Part shown: one piece after another, positions 32,033 through 41,272 of the stretch
Layout: each line of letters opens with the position of its first letter
Position numbering within the stretch: position 1 is the first letter of the stretch
Origin: Syntrophales bacterium
Lineage (GTDB): Bacteria; Desulfobacterota; Syntrophia; Syntrophales; UBA6807
Reading direction: 5' to 3'
Length of the DNA stretch: 64,000 bases
Assembly (NCBI GenBank): GCA_040767195.1
Contig: JAXGPA010000001.1
Span: 704,001-768,000 of the forward strand
Program-made: the position numbers and the translations under genes
Notes under the pieces: model-generated
What the model saw: the letters and a program-made list of their open reading frames with translations, nothing else
Told to the model about the DNA's origin: nothing
Databases searched by the model: none

Positions 32033-32440
32033 ATGACCGGTAAATTTCATTTCAAAGGCCCCGAAGCGGGATGGACATGGGGCGGAATCGGCAGTCTCAT
32101 CTGGCTCCCCCTTATCGCCGTCCTTTTCCTCTGCCAGGGAAAAGCGTTCGCGGGAGTAGCCACCCTGCTGATTTTCGGGTGAGGCGTTTGCGCCGTGGTC
32201 CGGTACGGACCCTGGAAATATCCCCATACGCCCCTGTGGAAAATTTACTCGGGCCTCGCGGCCTTTTACGCCCTTTCCGTCGTTGTCGTCTACAGCCTGT
32301 GGGTTTTCGGAACCGCCCACGGATACCGGGGCCTGGGGCAGATCCTTTATTTCCTCTCGATCCTCCTCATCCCTGTTTTCGTTTTCGGCAACCGGACGTG
32401 GAATGACCTGCACGGCGAAAAAAAAGAAAAGCCTGAATAG
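32033..32440 (+). CDS. small multi-pass membrane protein with in-frame TGA at 32180-32182 (selenoprotein candidate or pseudogene)
   Basis: RBS GGAG + ATG 32033; MTGKFHFKGPEAGWTWGGIGSLIWLPLIAVLFLCQGKAFAGVATLLIFG*GVCAV continues in frame into the 32195-32440 ORF. Confidence 0.7.
32193..32215 (+). promoter_or_regulatory. candidate bacterial SECIS element
   Basis: CCG-U-GGUCCG-GUA-CGGACC-C-UGG hairpin beginning at the 11th nt after the TGA; G-leading apical loop. Confidence 0.45.
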
Positions 32441-32445
32441 AGGAC

Positions 32446-33195
32446 ATGAGGAAAGCGGAAGAAACGGGGCTCGAAGGGGAACTCAAAGGGCTTCTTTACG
32501 AAAAAGGCGCCTCGGCGGCCGCCTTCGCCGACCTGGGACACCTTCCCGGCGGCCCTCCCCGGGGAATGAACCGGGCCGTTTCCCTGGCCGTCGCCCTGGA
32601 CCGGGACATTTTAGCGGGGATCCATGACGGGCCCACCAGGCCCTATTTCAGGGAATACGAACGGGTGAACGAACGGATTGACGGCCTGTGCCGCCTCGCC
32701 GCTGCACGGCTCGAAGGGGCGGGATACCGGGCCATCCCCCTTTTCCCGACGACGGAAAACTGGGACCGCGAAACCCTCGCCGCCGATTTCCCCCACAAGA
32801 CGGCAGCGACCCGGGCGGGTCTTGGCTGGATCGGAAAATCCGATCTTCTCATCACGGAGCGTTTCGGAGCGGCCATCCGGCTGGGAACGGTCCTCACCGA
32901 CGCCCCCCTGGAACCGGCGGAACCGGTGGACGTTTCCCGCTGCGGGCGCTGCCGGGCCTGTGTGGACCGCTGTCCCGCCGGCGCCATTCAAGGTCCGGAC
33001 TGGCAAAAGGGGGTGCCCCGGGAGGTTCTCTACCGGGCCGCATCGTGCGCCGAAACGGCCCGCCGTTTCTCCGACGCTCTCGCCATACCCGCGACGATCT
33101 GCGGCATCTGCATCGTGGCCTGCCCCTGGACACAGAAGTACATGAAAGGCGGGCCTCACCCCGGGGAGGCTGAAAACCCCGAAAAACCCCTTTAA
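32446..33195 (+). CDS. QueG/reductive-dehalogenase-like 4Fe-4S protein
   Basis: HKTAATRAGLGWIGK, RLGTVLTD, CGRCRACVDRCP, CGICIVACPW. Confidence 0.85.
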   Translation: MRKAEETGLEGELKGLLYEKGASAAAFADLGHLPGGPPRGMNRAVSLAVALDRDILAGIHDGPTRPYFREYERVNERIDGLCRLAAARLEGAGYRAIPLFPTTENWDRETLAADFPHKTAATRAGLGWIGKSDLLITERFGAAIRLGTVLTDAPLEPAEPVDVSRCGRCRACVDRCPAGAIQGPDWQKGVPREVLYRAASCAETARRFSDALAIPATICGICIVACPWTQKYMKGGPHPGEAENPEKPL

Positions 33196-34016
33196 GACTC
33201 CCCTGTGTCGGCCCCGCCCCGCCTGAAAACGGGCTTTCGCCTTTCCCGCTGGGCCCGGACACCCTCCCGGGCTTCCTCACTGGAGAAAACGGGCATCCCC
33301 AGCTCAAGCTCCTTCTCCAAGGCGTCCTCCAGGGAAAGCCCCCGGATCCGCCGGGATAGACGGACCATGGTGCGCACCGACATGGGGCCGTTTGAGGCGA
33401 TACGTTCCGCCAGGGTCATGGCCTCCTCCATGAGCTTTTCCCGGGGAACCACCCGGTTCAGGAACCCCCAGTCACAGAGGGTGGCGGCGGAAAAGTTGTT
33501 TCCCGTGAGCAGGATCTCCAGGGCCCTCGCTTTTCCCACTTCCATGGGAAGAAAGACGTTGCTGCCGCCGACGGGCATGATTCCCAGGGTGGTCTCCCGC
33601 ATCTGGAAGACGGCATCTTCAGATGCCACCCGCAGGTCACAGCCCATGACCATCTCGAATCCCCCGGTGAGGCAGCAGCCGTTGACGGCCGCGATGACGG
33701 GGCGGTCCAGGTCCCGTATTTTCAGCATCGCTTTGCCCACGGCCCCGCCCCAGGATATGATCCACCGTTCCGCTTCCGTCTCCGGTTTCCGGGCCGCCGT
33801 GAGAACGGGGATGGCCGTGCGCAGATCCATTCCGGAACAGAAGATGTCCGGGAGGGCGGAGTAAAGGATCACCACCCGGATCCCGTCGTCTTTCTGGCAC
33901 CTCTCCCAGATCCGGTGAAGTTCCAGGAGCACCTCGGGGCTCAAGGCGTTTCTTGTCTCGGGGATATTCAGGCCCACCCGGGCCACCGCCCCTTCCACCG
34001 TAAAATCGACACCCAT
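33192..34016 (-). CDS. enoyl-CoA hydratase/isomerase
   Basis: RNALS, FCSGMDL, PVIAAVNG..GGFE, CDLRVAS. Confidence 0.92.
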   Translation of the reverse strand: MGVDFTVEGAVARVGLNIPETRNALSPEVLLELHRIWERCQKDDGIRVVILYSALPDIFCSGMDLRTAIPVLTAARKPETEAERWIISWGGAVGKAMLKIRDLDRPVIAAVNGCCLTGGFEMVMGCDLRVASEDAVFQMRETTLGIMPVGGSNVFLPMEVGKARALEILLTGNNFSAATLCDWGFLNRVVPREKLMEEAMTLAERIASNGPMSVRTMVRLSRRIRGLSLEDALEKELELGMPVFSSEEAREGVRAQRERRKPVFRRGGADTGES

Positions 34017-34210
34017 TTTTCACCCTCCTTTCGCCCCGCTCCCGACCGTCCCGTTGGACAGGAGAGGACGATCATGGTATAGTTCATCCGTGCCTTGGAA
34101 AGACAAAGGGGCTCCGCAAAAGGAAAATCCCCCCTCACCGTCGTGCCCGTCCCCTTAACAGACCCTTTTCCCCCGGAAGCGGAAAAAACGATTTGAGTGA
34201 AAGGTATACC

Positions 34211-34636
34211 ATGAGGCTCGCCGTCCTTGAAACGGAAAAATGCGTGGGCTGTCAGAGCTGCATGTTCGCGTGCTCGAGAAGACAGGACGAAGGGGGCCTG
34301 TCTAAAACCTGTATCGGCGTCCGGTCCATCGGGGGCATGGAACGGGGATTCACCGTCGTCGTCTGCAGGGCCTGCGAGGATCCCCCCTGCGCCAGGGTGT
34401 GCCCCACCGATGCCCTTGTTCTGCGGCCGGGCGGCGGGGTAACCCTGGACATGGAACGCTGTATCGGGTGCGGACACTGCCGGGAGGCCTGTCTCATCGG
34501 GGCGGTCTACTGGGATGACGAGATCAACAAGCCCATGATCTGCGTCCACTGCGGGTTCTGTATACGCTTCTGCCCTCACGGCGTCCTGGGTCTTCAGAAA
34601 AGGAAGGAGGTATCCCGTCTTGCTGGAAAAGGATAA
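34211..34636 (+). CDS. 4Fe-4S dicluster protein (AOR partner)
   Basis: four Cys clusters CVGCQSC, CRACEDPPC, CIGCGHC, CVHCGFC. Confidence 0.92.
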   Translation: MRLAVLETEKCVGCQSCMFACSRRQDEGGLSKTCIGVRSIGGMERGFTVVVCRACEDPPCARVCPTDALVLRPGGGVTLDMERCIGCGHCREACLIGAVYWDDEINKPMICVHCGFCIRFCPHGVLGLQKRKEVSRLAGKG

Positions 34637-36413
34637 CCTCTCACGGGTCCTTCATGTCGATCTCACGAAGCGGACCTTCCATGTGGAACAGAGAAAAGAT
34701 CTTTTCTCCCGCTTTCTCGGAGGTACTGGTGTCGCCGCCCATCTTCTCCGGGAAGCCTGTCCCCCGGGGGCCGACCCCCTGGGTCCCGACAACCCCATCA
34801 TTTTTTCGGTAGGTCCCCTGACGGGGCTTTTTCCCCTGGCCTCCAAGACCGTGGCCTTTTTCAAGTCCCCCCACACGGGAAACCTGGGGGAAAGCCACTG
34901 CGGGGGCCGGAGTGCCGTCGCCCTGCGCATGGCCGGCTACGGGGCTGTGGTCATAAAGGGCGCCAGCGACATGCCCGTTTATCTGTCCGTGGACGGCACC
35001 GGCGTCCGTTTCCGGGACGCCTCGTCCCTGTGGAACATGGGCAGCTTTTCATCGGGAAGAATCATCAGGGAAAAGGAACCGGGCTCCGGTTTCCGGACCA
35101 TCATGCGGATCGGCCGGGGAGGGGAGAACCTCGTCTCCTATGCCTCGGTGATGACGGAAACCTACCGCCACTTCGGCAGGCTGGGCCTGGGCGCCGTTTT
35201 CGGGAGCAAAAAGCTGAAGGCCGTGGTCATCTCAGGGCGGAGTTCCCTTCCCGTCCGCGATCCCCGGGAGTATCGGAAGCTCTACTCGGAAATTTACGAG
35301 GCGGCGGTGAAATCGCCGGTCATGAAGAAATACCACGACCTGGGAACGGCTGAAAACATTCTCCCCTTGAGCCGGTTCGGGGGACTGCCCACGAGAAACC
35401 TGCAGGCGGCCCGTTTTGAAAAGGCTGACGCCGTTTCCGGGGAGGCTTTCGCCAATGAATTTTTAGGGCGGAGGCTGGCCTGCTCCCATTGCCCGGTGGG
35501 GTGCATCCACATCGCCGCCCTCCGGGAGCCCTATGAGGATGAAGCTTACTTCTACAAGACATCCATGATCTCCTATGATTACGAACCCATCTACGCCCTG
35601 GGAACCATGCTCGGCATCGCAAGCCCCGAGGGATTTCTCAAGCTCATGGACCGGGTGGAAACCTTGGGTATCGACGCCATGAGCACCGGCGTCGCCCTGG
35701 CCTGGGCCACCGAAGCTCTCGAAAAGGGCCGGATCACGGAAGAGGAGACGGGGGGGATTCCGCTTCGATGGGGGGACTTCGGCGCTTACATCCGCGCCGC
35801 TGAAGCCGTCGTGGCCCAGGAAAATGAATTCTACCGGCTTCTTGCGCGGGGTGTGGATGCCGCCTCTTCCGCCTACGGCGGGGAGGAATATGCCCTGGCC
35901 TTCGGAAAGAATGAAATGCCCGGGTACCACACCGGACCGGCGGGCTACCTGGGATATCTCATCGGGGCGCGGCACAGCCACCTGGACAACGCCGGATACA
36001 GCCTGGACCAGAAAGAACTGGCCCGGAGGGAAATGCCCCCGGAAGACGTCGTGGACGCGCTCATCCGTGAGGAGGGCTGGCGCCAGATCCTCTCGAGTCT
36101 CGTCATCTGCTTCTTCGCCCGGGGCATCTACACGCCGGAGGTCGTCTGCCGTCTCCTCGGCCAGGCGGGTTTCGACAGGGACCCCAACGCCCTCGACACC
36201 CTGGGGCAGAGCATTCTCGCAGAAAAGTACCGCTTCAAGACGCGGGAAGGATTCCGGTGGGAATCCCTTCGTCTGCCGGCGCGGATCTTCGAGACACCCT
36301 CTCCGGTACCCGGAATGAGCGAATCCTTTCTCCGGCAAGGGCTAGCCCACGCCCGGAAGAAACTTGAAAAGTCCCTGGGGGAAATCGGAAGTCCGGTCTC
36401 ACCGGATTCATGA
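34620..36413 (+). CDS. aldehyde:ferredoxin oxidoreductase family (W/Mo-pterin)
   Basis: KSPHTG..ESHCGG, GRLGLGAVFGSKKLKAV, CSHCPVGC, YEP, GIDAMSTG. Confidence 0.94.
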   Translation: MLEKDNLSRVLHVDLTKRTFHVEQRKDLFSRFLGGTGVAAHLLREACPPGADPLGPDNPIIFSVGPLTGLFPLASKTVAFFKSPHTGNLGESHCGGRSAVALRMAGYGAVVIKGASDMPVYLSVDGTGVRFRDASSLWNMGSFSSGRIIREKEPGSGFRTIMRIGRGGENLVSYASVMTETYRHFGRLGLGAVFGSKKLKAVVISGRSSLPVRDPREYRKLYSEIYEAAVKSPVMKKYHDLGTAENILPLSRFGGLPTRNLQAARFEKADAVSGEAFANEFLGRRLACSHCPVGCIHIAALREPYEDEAYFYKTSMISYDYEPIYALGTMLGIASPEGFLKLMDRVETLGIDAMSTGVALAWATEALEKGRITEEETGGIPLRWGDFGAYIRAAEAVVAQENEFYRLLARGVDAASSAYGGEEYALAFGKNEMPGYHTGPAGYLGYLIGARHSHLDNAGYSLDQKELARREMPPEDVVDALIREEGWRQILSSLVICFFARGIYTPEVVCRLLGQAGFDRDPNALDTLGQSILAEKYRFKTREGFRWESLRLPARIFETPSPVPGMSESFLRQGLAHARKKLEKSLGEIGSPVSPDS

Positions 36414-36446
36414 ACATGGCCCGGTAAGACAGGCTGCCGGGAAATT

Positions 36447-36473
36447 AAAAAGTGGAAGGCCGGGGCCTTCCAC
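36447..36473 (-). terminator. rho-independent terminator for a minus-strand transcript
   Basis: GTGGAAGGC-cggg-GCCTTCCAC 9-bp stem; A-run on plus 5' side gives a U-tract on minus. Confidence 0.7.
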
Positions 36474-36534
36474 CGGTGTATGAAAACTGCAAGGCTCCAC
36501 CAAGGCGGATCCTCCCAGGTTGCCCCGAGGGGGG

Positions 36535-36572
36535 CTGGTGGGTGGATAAGGAGGGGGGGAACCACCCACCAG
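36535..36572 (-). ncRNA. hairpin exposing an anti-SD loop (candidate sRNA module 2)
   Basis: CTGGTGGGTGG/CCACCCACCAG perfect 11-bp stem; loop reads CCCCUCCUU on minus. Confidence 0.4.
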
Positions 36573-36617
36573 GGCAGGAAAAACCACTCGCAAGAGGAAA
36601 AAGGCTGTCGTCTTGCC

Positions 36618-36836
36618 TCAGATCTCCCCGGTTTCCGTTTTATTGGAAACCACCATGTGAGGTTTCAGAACGACTACAAGATTCTGCCAGATCTCCTCCA
36701 GTGAAAAAAAACGATCGATCTGCAAAACGATATAATCACCGTTCTTGCCGACTCTCTGTACCGGACCGGCCCGGTACCCTTGCCGCACCCACCGGTCTTC
36801 CTGATTCCGCGCATGGATCTCGCCGCTTAAAACCAT
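36618..36836 (-). CDS. small hypothetical protein (72 aa)
   Basis: GAGGG upstream of ATG; lies between putative sigma54 promoter and terminator. Confidence 0.5.
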   Translation of the reverse strand: MVLSGEIHARNQEDRWVRQGYRAGPVQRVGKNGDYIVLQIDRFFSLEEIWQNLVVVLKPHMVVSNKTETGEI

Positions 36837-37038
36837 GGACTTACCCTCAACAAAACTTCCTCGAAAACACAAACAGGCCCGGTGCCCTTTTTTTGAGAGG
36901 GAGATCATCAGGTCACGACCCTGAACAGGCGGTAAAGAAAGGCACCCAATCGCTTTTTTGAACTGTCAGGATGTGAAGCTCAATGGAAATGGAATCGCCA
37001 ATCCCCTCTTATTTTAGAGGAAGCCAGGGAAAGGGGCC

Positions 37039-37076
37039 CGGCGGATGGAAAGGAGGGGCCCGTAAACCATCCGCCG
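37039..37076 (-). ncRNA. hairpin exposing an anti-SD loop (candidate sRNA module 1)
   Basis: CGGCGGATGG/CCATCCGCCG perfect 10-bp stem; loop reads CCCCUCCUU on minus. Confidence 0.4.
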
Positions 37077-37100
37077 CAATGAGAAACGTTTTTATTCTGA

Positions 37101-37116
37101 TACAGGAATCGTGCCA
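37101..37116 (-). promoter_or_regulatory. sigma54 (-24/-12) promoter candidate
   Basis: TGGCACGATTCCTGTA: GG-N10-GT with a perfect TGGCACG -24 box and a non-canonical -12. Confidence 0.55.
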
Positions 37117-37215
37117 GAAAGAGAAAACGGAGGCAGGGTGCCGTCAGCCCCTGTTCCGGGGCCCGGAAACATGTCTCCCGTCTCCCGGCAGGCCCGTCAG
37201 AAAAGGGAAATCGCC

Positions 37216-37318
37216 TGCCCATATGGCACGGAAGGGCTCTTCGAATCGTGATTTGTTTAAAGAATACGGCCTTCAGGACCAACTGCGCCAAAATGGCCCA
37301 TTGATGCCATTATGACGT
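37216..37318. promoter_or_regulatory. candidate enhancer (UAS) sites for the adjacent sigma54 activator
   Basis: TGCGCCAAAATGGCCCA (37284-37300) resembles the NtrC-type TGCACCAnnnTGGTGCA; related TGCCATTATGACG and TGCCCATATGGCAC nearby. Confidence 0.4.
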
Positions 37319-37320
37319 GA

Positions 37321-38694
37321 TTATTTCAGGTCCTTCAGTTTTCGATGGAGTGTCCTCAATCCGATTCCAAGAATCTTCGCCGCTCGGGTCCGGTTCTGTC
37401 CCGTCGACGCCAGGACACGAAGAATGTGTTCCTTCTCCACTTCCGCCAGGGTCATTTCCCGAGAAGGCTCCTGCATTTCAACCCGGGGGGACCGGAGATG
37501 CCCCTCCATGGAAAAAAGGGTAAGTTCCTTCTGTTTCTCGAGGAGCACCGCCTTGGCCACGATGTGTTCCAGTTCCCGGACATTTCCCGGATAGTCCCAT
37601 TCCACGAGAGCTTTTTCCAAATCATCTTTTATCTTTATAATATTTTTGTTATTTTTCTCTCCATGAAGACGGAGAAAGTGGTAGGCCAGGGGCAGGATGT
37701 CGTCTTTTCTTTCCCGAAGAGGCGGAATGTGAATGTGAAACATGTTCAGCCGGTAAAAGAGGTCCCGGCGAAGGCGCCCGTTCTCAATGGCCGTGCGGAG
37801 GTCCGCGTTGGTGGCCGAAACGATGCGGACATTCACGTCTCGAAGTTCCGTGCTGCCGAGACGATAAAATTCCCTCTCCTGGATGACCCGGAGGAATTTT
37901 CCCTGGAGAGCCGGGTCCAGTTCCGTAATCTCGTCCAGAAACAGGGTTCCTTCCCGGGCCGCCTCGAAAAAACCTTTTTTTTCGTGGGTGGCCCCCGTGT
38001 AGGCTCCCCTGACATGGCCGAAGAACTCGTCTTCGAAGAGATTGCGGTTGAATGACGCCATGTTCACGGCGATAAACGGCCCCTCCCGCCTCACGCTGAG
38101 GCGATGGATGATCCGGGCGAGAAGTTCCTTTCCCGTCCCCGACTCGCCTGTAATGACGACATTATAATCCGTGGGGGCGGCGATTTCAGCCTGGCGGAAA
38201 ACCATGGCCATGGACGAATCCCGGGCGACCATCTCCCCGAATGCCTCGGGATTCCGGATATCGGAAAAAGAAGGGGGTTTCTCATACAGGGCCAGGCTGT
38301 TCCGCAGGCTGTGCCTTTCCAGGGCCCGGTGAATGGCGATCATCATCTTTTCGCCGTTGACCGGCTTGACCAGGTAGTCGTAGGCGCCGAGCTTCATGGC
38401 CTGAACGGCGCTCGCCACATCGTCGACGGCGGTCACGACAATGCACTCCACCGAAGGAAATTCCTCCTTGATCCGCTGAAGGACCTCCATGCCGCTTATA
38501 TGGGGCATGATCAGGTCCTGAAGCACCAGAGCAAACCGGAACCGGCGAAGAAGCTCGAGAACCTTCCGGCTGTCCGACAGGAGGGCTGGTTCGGGTAGAC
38601 CGGCACTCATCAGGGTCGCCCGGATACTTAAAAGAAGCCCCTCGTCGTCGTCGACGACGAGGACGGAAGCGCCATTTTGCGGTATCGATTCCAT
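37321..38694 (-). CDS. sigma54-dependent response regulator (REC-AAA+-HTH, NtrC family)
   Basis: VLVVDDD, GESGTGKE, GAYTGA, LFLDEI, PGNVREL, Fis-type HTH. Confidence 0.96.
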   Translation of the reverse strand: MESIPQNGASVLVVDDDEGLLLSIRATLMSAGLPEPALLSDSRKVLELLRRFRFALVLQDLIMPHISGMEVLQRIKEEFPSVECIVVTAVDDVASAVQAMKLGAYDYLVKPVNGEKMMIAIHRALERHSLRNSLALYEKPPSFSDIRNPEAFGEMVARDSSMAMVFRQAEIAAPTDYNVVITGESGTGKELLARIIHRLSVRREGPFIAVNMASFNRNLFEDEFFGHVRGAYTGATHEKKGFFEAAREGTLFLDEITELDPALQGKFLRVIQEREFYRLGSTELRDVNVRIVSATNADLRTAIENGRLRRDLFYRLNMFHIHIPPLRERKDDILPLAYHFLRLHGEKNNKNIIKIKDDLEKALVEWDYPGNVRELEHIVAKAVLLEKQKELTLFSMEGHLRSPRVEMQEPSREMTLAEVEKEHILRVLASTGQNRTRAAKILGIGLRTLHRKLKDLK

Positions 38695-38701
38695 CCTGTC
38701 C

Positions 38702-41272
38702 TCATTGTGAAATTTCCGGACCGCCAATGGGAAAGGAAACAGTAAAAACGGTTCCCTGGTCATTTTCGCTCCGGAACGCAATGTTTCCCCCATGGGCCTC
38801 TACCAGGTTTCGGGTGATGGAAAGGCCCAGCCCCGTTCCTCCGTCGGCCTGCCGGGTTGTCATAAAGGGATCGAAAATCCGTTCTCCGATGGAAGAATCG
38901 ATCCCCCCCCCGTTGTCGGCAATGGAGACAAATACCTGATGAGGTGCCGGAGTCAAACCCGTGACGATGGAAACCCTGCCCTCCTCATGCTTGATGGCCT
39001 GAACAGCATTCAGTAGAATATTGACAACCATCTGCTCGACACTGGGAAGATCGCCTTCGATCAGAGGCAGATCCGCAGCCAGTTCCAGATCCAGGACAAT
39101 TTCTCTTTTTCGAATAGTCGTCTCAACAAGACGGACGGCGTTTTCCACGGCCATGTTCAATGCAACAGGCTTCTTCTCCATGAGAACGCTGGATTTTCTG
39201 GTGTAGTCCTTCAGGTTCTGGACGGTCCGGCAGATCCGGTTTGAGGCCATTTCCATGTCCGAAAGCAGCTGCGGGAGATTCTCCTTCAGAAACGCCATGG
39301 GAAGACCCCCGTACTTCGCCCCTTGAAACGCTTCCTCCTTCCCCTCCAGAACGGGCATGGCGTCGTTCCAGATCTTCCGGAGAAGAGGAATGTCAAAAAG
39401 GATCTTATTGACAGGATTGTTTATTTCATGGGCCACGCCGGCGACGAGGCTCCCCAGGGTCTCCATTTTCTGGGCATGAAAAAGCTGGTTTTCCAGGTTT
39501 CTTTTTTCCTCTTCCGCGATTTTTCGATCCATGATGTCTTCCATCATGGCCAGGAAGTACCGTGGGTTTCCCTCTTCGTCCCGGATCAGCGACGCCGTGA
39601 CATGAACCCAGACAGCCTCACCGTTTTCCCGGAGGTAACGCTTTTCCGTTTTGTAATAGGGAATCTCACCCCTCAGGAGCCTGTCCACCTGTGTCCTGTC
39701 ACTCTCCCGGTGATCCGGGTGGGTGATGTCGAGATACGTGCGGCCGATGATATCCTCTTCTTCCGCTCCCAGAATCCGGCACAGGGTCTCGTTGACCCGG
39801 ACGAAACGGAAATCCAGCCCGAGAACGGCCATTCCGAGCACCCCGCCCTCGAAGATCTTCCTGAAACGTTCCTCGCTTTCCCTGAGCCGATCTTCCGCCT
39901 GTTTCCGTTCCGTGATGTCCTCTCCGTGGGCGATCGCTGTATAATGGTCCGCATCGTCGTCTTCAAGTATTCTGGCAGCCCTCCACCGCGCCGTGCGGAT
40001 TTCCCCGTTTTTTCCCAGAACGGGGATTTCGACGCCGGGAGAAGGAATTTCCCCGCGGGACGCTTCCTCCATCGCCCGGAGGCATTCCCGACGGTCTCTT
40101 TCAGGAAAAATAATCTCCAGGGAGCGCCCGGCCATATCACCGGCCCGGCGGCCGACCATTTTTTCAAAGGCTTCATTGCAGAGCACGATTATCCCGTCAG
40201 GGTTCCAGGCAACGATGGGGGCATTGGCACATCGGATCAGGCTGTCCAGGAAATCCGTTTTTTTTCTCAATTCCGCTGTCTGACGGTCCACTTCCCTTTC
40301 CATCGACCTCGACCATCGGAAGGCGGTGCCCGTGGTCCACCACGCCGCGGTAAGAAGAATCGCCAGAACGAATCCCGATCCGAAAAGAACCTGACGATTC
40401 GCCTGCCATATCAGATCCTGAAAACGTGCCGCCGGCGAAGCAACGATGACGGTCCAGGAAGACGCCCCCATGGAAAGGGGGGAAAACACCGTCATCGTGT
40501 CCGCTCCCGCCAGGTTGAAGCGTCCCGTTCCTTCCCGGCTGTCCAGGATCGATTGGATCATGGTTGCCGGAAGGGCCATGGGATCCAGCGAGCGGGATGC
40601 CCGTTCCCCATCTTCAAAGGCTATGTGCCGGCCCTCGCCGCTGACAAGCCAGACCTGAATCGGCTGCCCTGTCACCAGGGGGTGGACGAATGTCCGCATC
40701 ACCTCCTGAAAATCGAAGGATAGAGCGAGAACGCCCGCGAAAGTATCCGTTTCCCCCTTTCGGGAAAGAACAGGGGCGGCAAAGCGGATCCTCTCTTCCC
40801 CCTGCTCGTTGACGATGACGGCGGATACGGCGGGGTTTTCCGTTTCCCGGACCGTCCGAAAATAATCTTCGCCGCTGTAATCCCGGGAGAGGAGATTTTT
40901 CCGCCAGCCCGAAGAGGGATAGATGGCCCGGAGGATTCCCCGGGAATCGATGAACCGGACAGAGGTCCTGGGCAGAAACCCCTGGAAGACCTGCTCCAGG
41001 TCCGGCACCGTGCCGTCCTGCCCGGGCAGGACGCGGGCCGGAGCCGAAAAGGTTTCCAGAGAAACGAAGATTTCCCGGAAATAGGTTTCCAGGCCCAGGG
41101 CGATGGATCGAGCCAGAAGGAGCTGCCTTTCGTTGAACCCGTCCAGGATCCTGTTTCGATTGTCGTCGTAGGCCCGCCATGCGAAATAAAAAACGAGAAA
41201 CATCATCACGAGGGCCACCGTGGCGACGATAACGTAAGACCGGGCGGCGGGTTTTCCGGAAGGGAAGGACAT
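38702..41272 (-). CDS. membrane sensor histidine kinase (Cache-like periplasmic domain, 2 PAS)
   Basis: two TM helices, PAS/PAC motifs, AHEINNP, NAVQA, DNGGG, GTGLGL. Confidence 0.95.
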   Translation of the reverse strand: MSFPSGKPAARSYVIVATVALVMMFLVFYFAWRAYDDNRNRILDGFNERQLLLARSIALGLETYFREIFVSLETFSAPARVLPGQDGTVPDLEQVFQGFLPRTSVRFIDSRGILRAIYPSSGWRKNLLSRDYSGEDYFRTVRETENPAVSAVIVNEQGEERIRFAAPVLSRKGETDTFAGVLALSFDFQEVMRTFVHPLVTGQPIQVWLVSGEGRHIAFEDGERASRSLDPMALPATMIQSILDSREGTGRFNLAGADTMTVFSPLSMGASSWTVIVASPAARFQDLIWQANRQVLFGSGFVLAILLTAAWWTTGTAFRWSRSMEREVDRQTAELRKKTDFLDSLIRCANAPIVAWNPDGIIVLCNEAFEKMVGRRAGDMAGRSLEIIFPERDRRECLRAMEEASRGEIPSPGVEIPVLGKNGEIRTARWRAARILEDDDADHYTAIAHGEDITERKQAEDRLRESEERFRKIFEGGVLGMAVLGLDFRFVRVNETLCRILGAEEEDIIGRTYLDITHPDHRESDRTQVDRLLRGEIPYYKTEKRYLRENGEAVWVHVTASLIRDEEGNPRYFLAMMEDIMDRKIAEEEKRNLENQLFHAQKMETLGSLVAGVAHEINNPVNKILFDIPLLRKIWNDAMPVLEGKEEAFQGAKYGGLPMAFLKENLPQLLSDMEMASNRICRTVQNLKDYTRKSSVLMEKKPVALNMAVENAVRLVETTIRKREIVLDLELAADLPLIEGDLPSVEQMVVNILLNAVQAIKHEEGRVSIVTGLTPAPHQVFVSIADNGGGIDSSIGERIFDPFMTTRQADGGTGLGLSITRNLVEAHGGNIAFRSENDQGTVFTVSFPIGGPEISQ

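Noticed and set aside
37224..37240. plus-strand sigma54 box TGGCACGGAAGGGCT
   Set aside because: GG-to-GC spacing is 9, not 10, and it points into the end of a convergent gene
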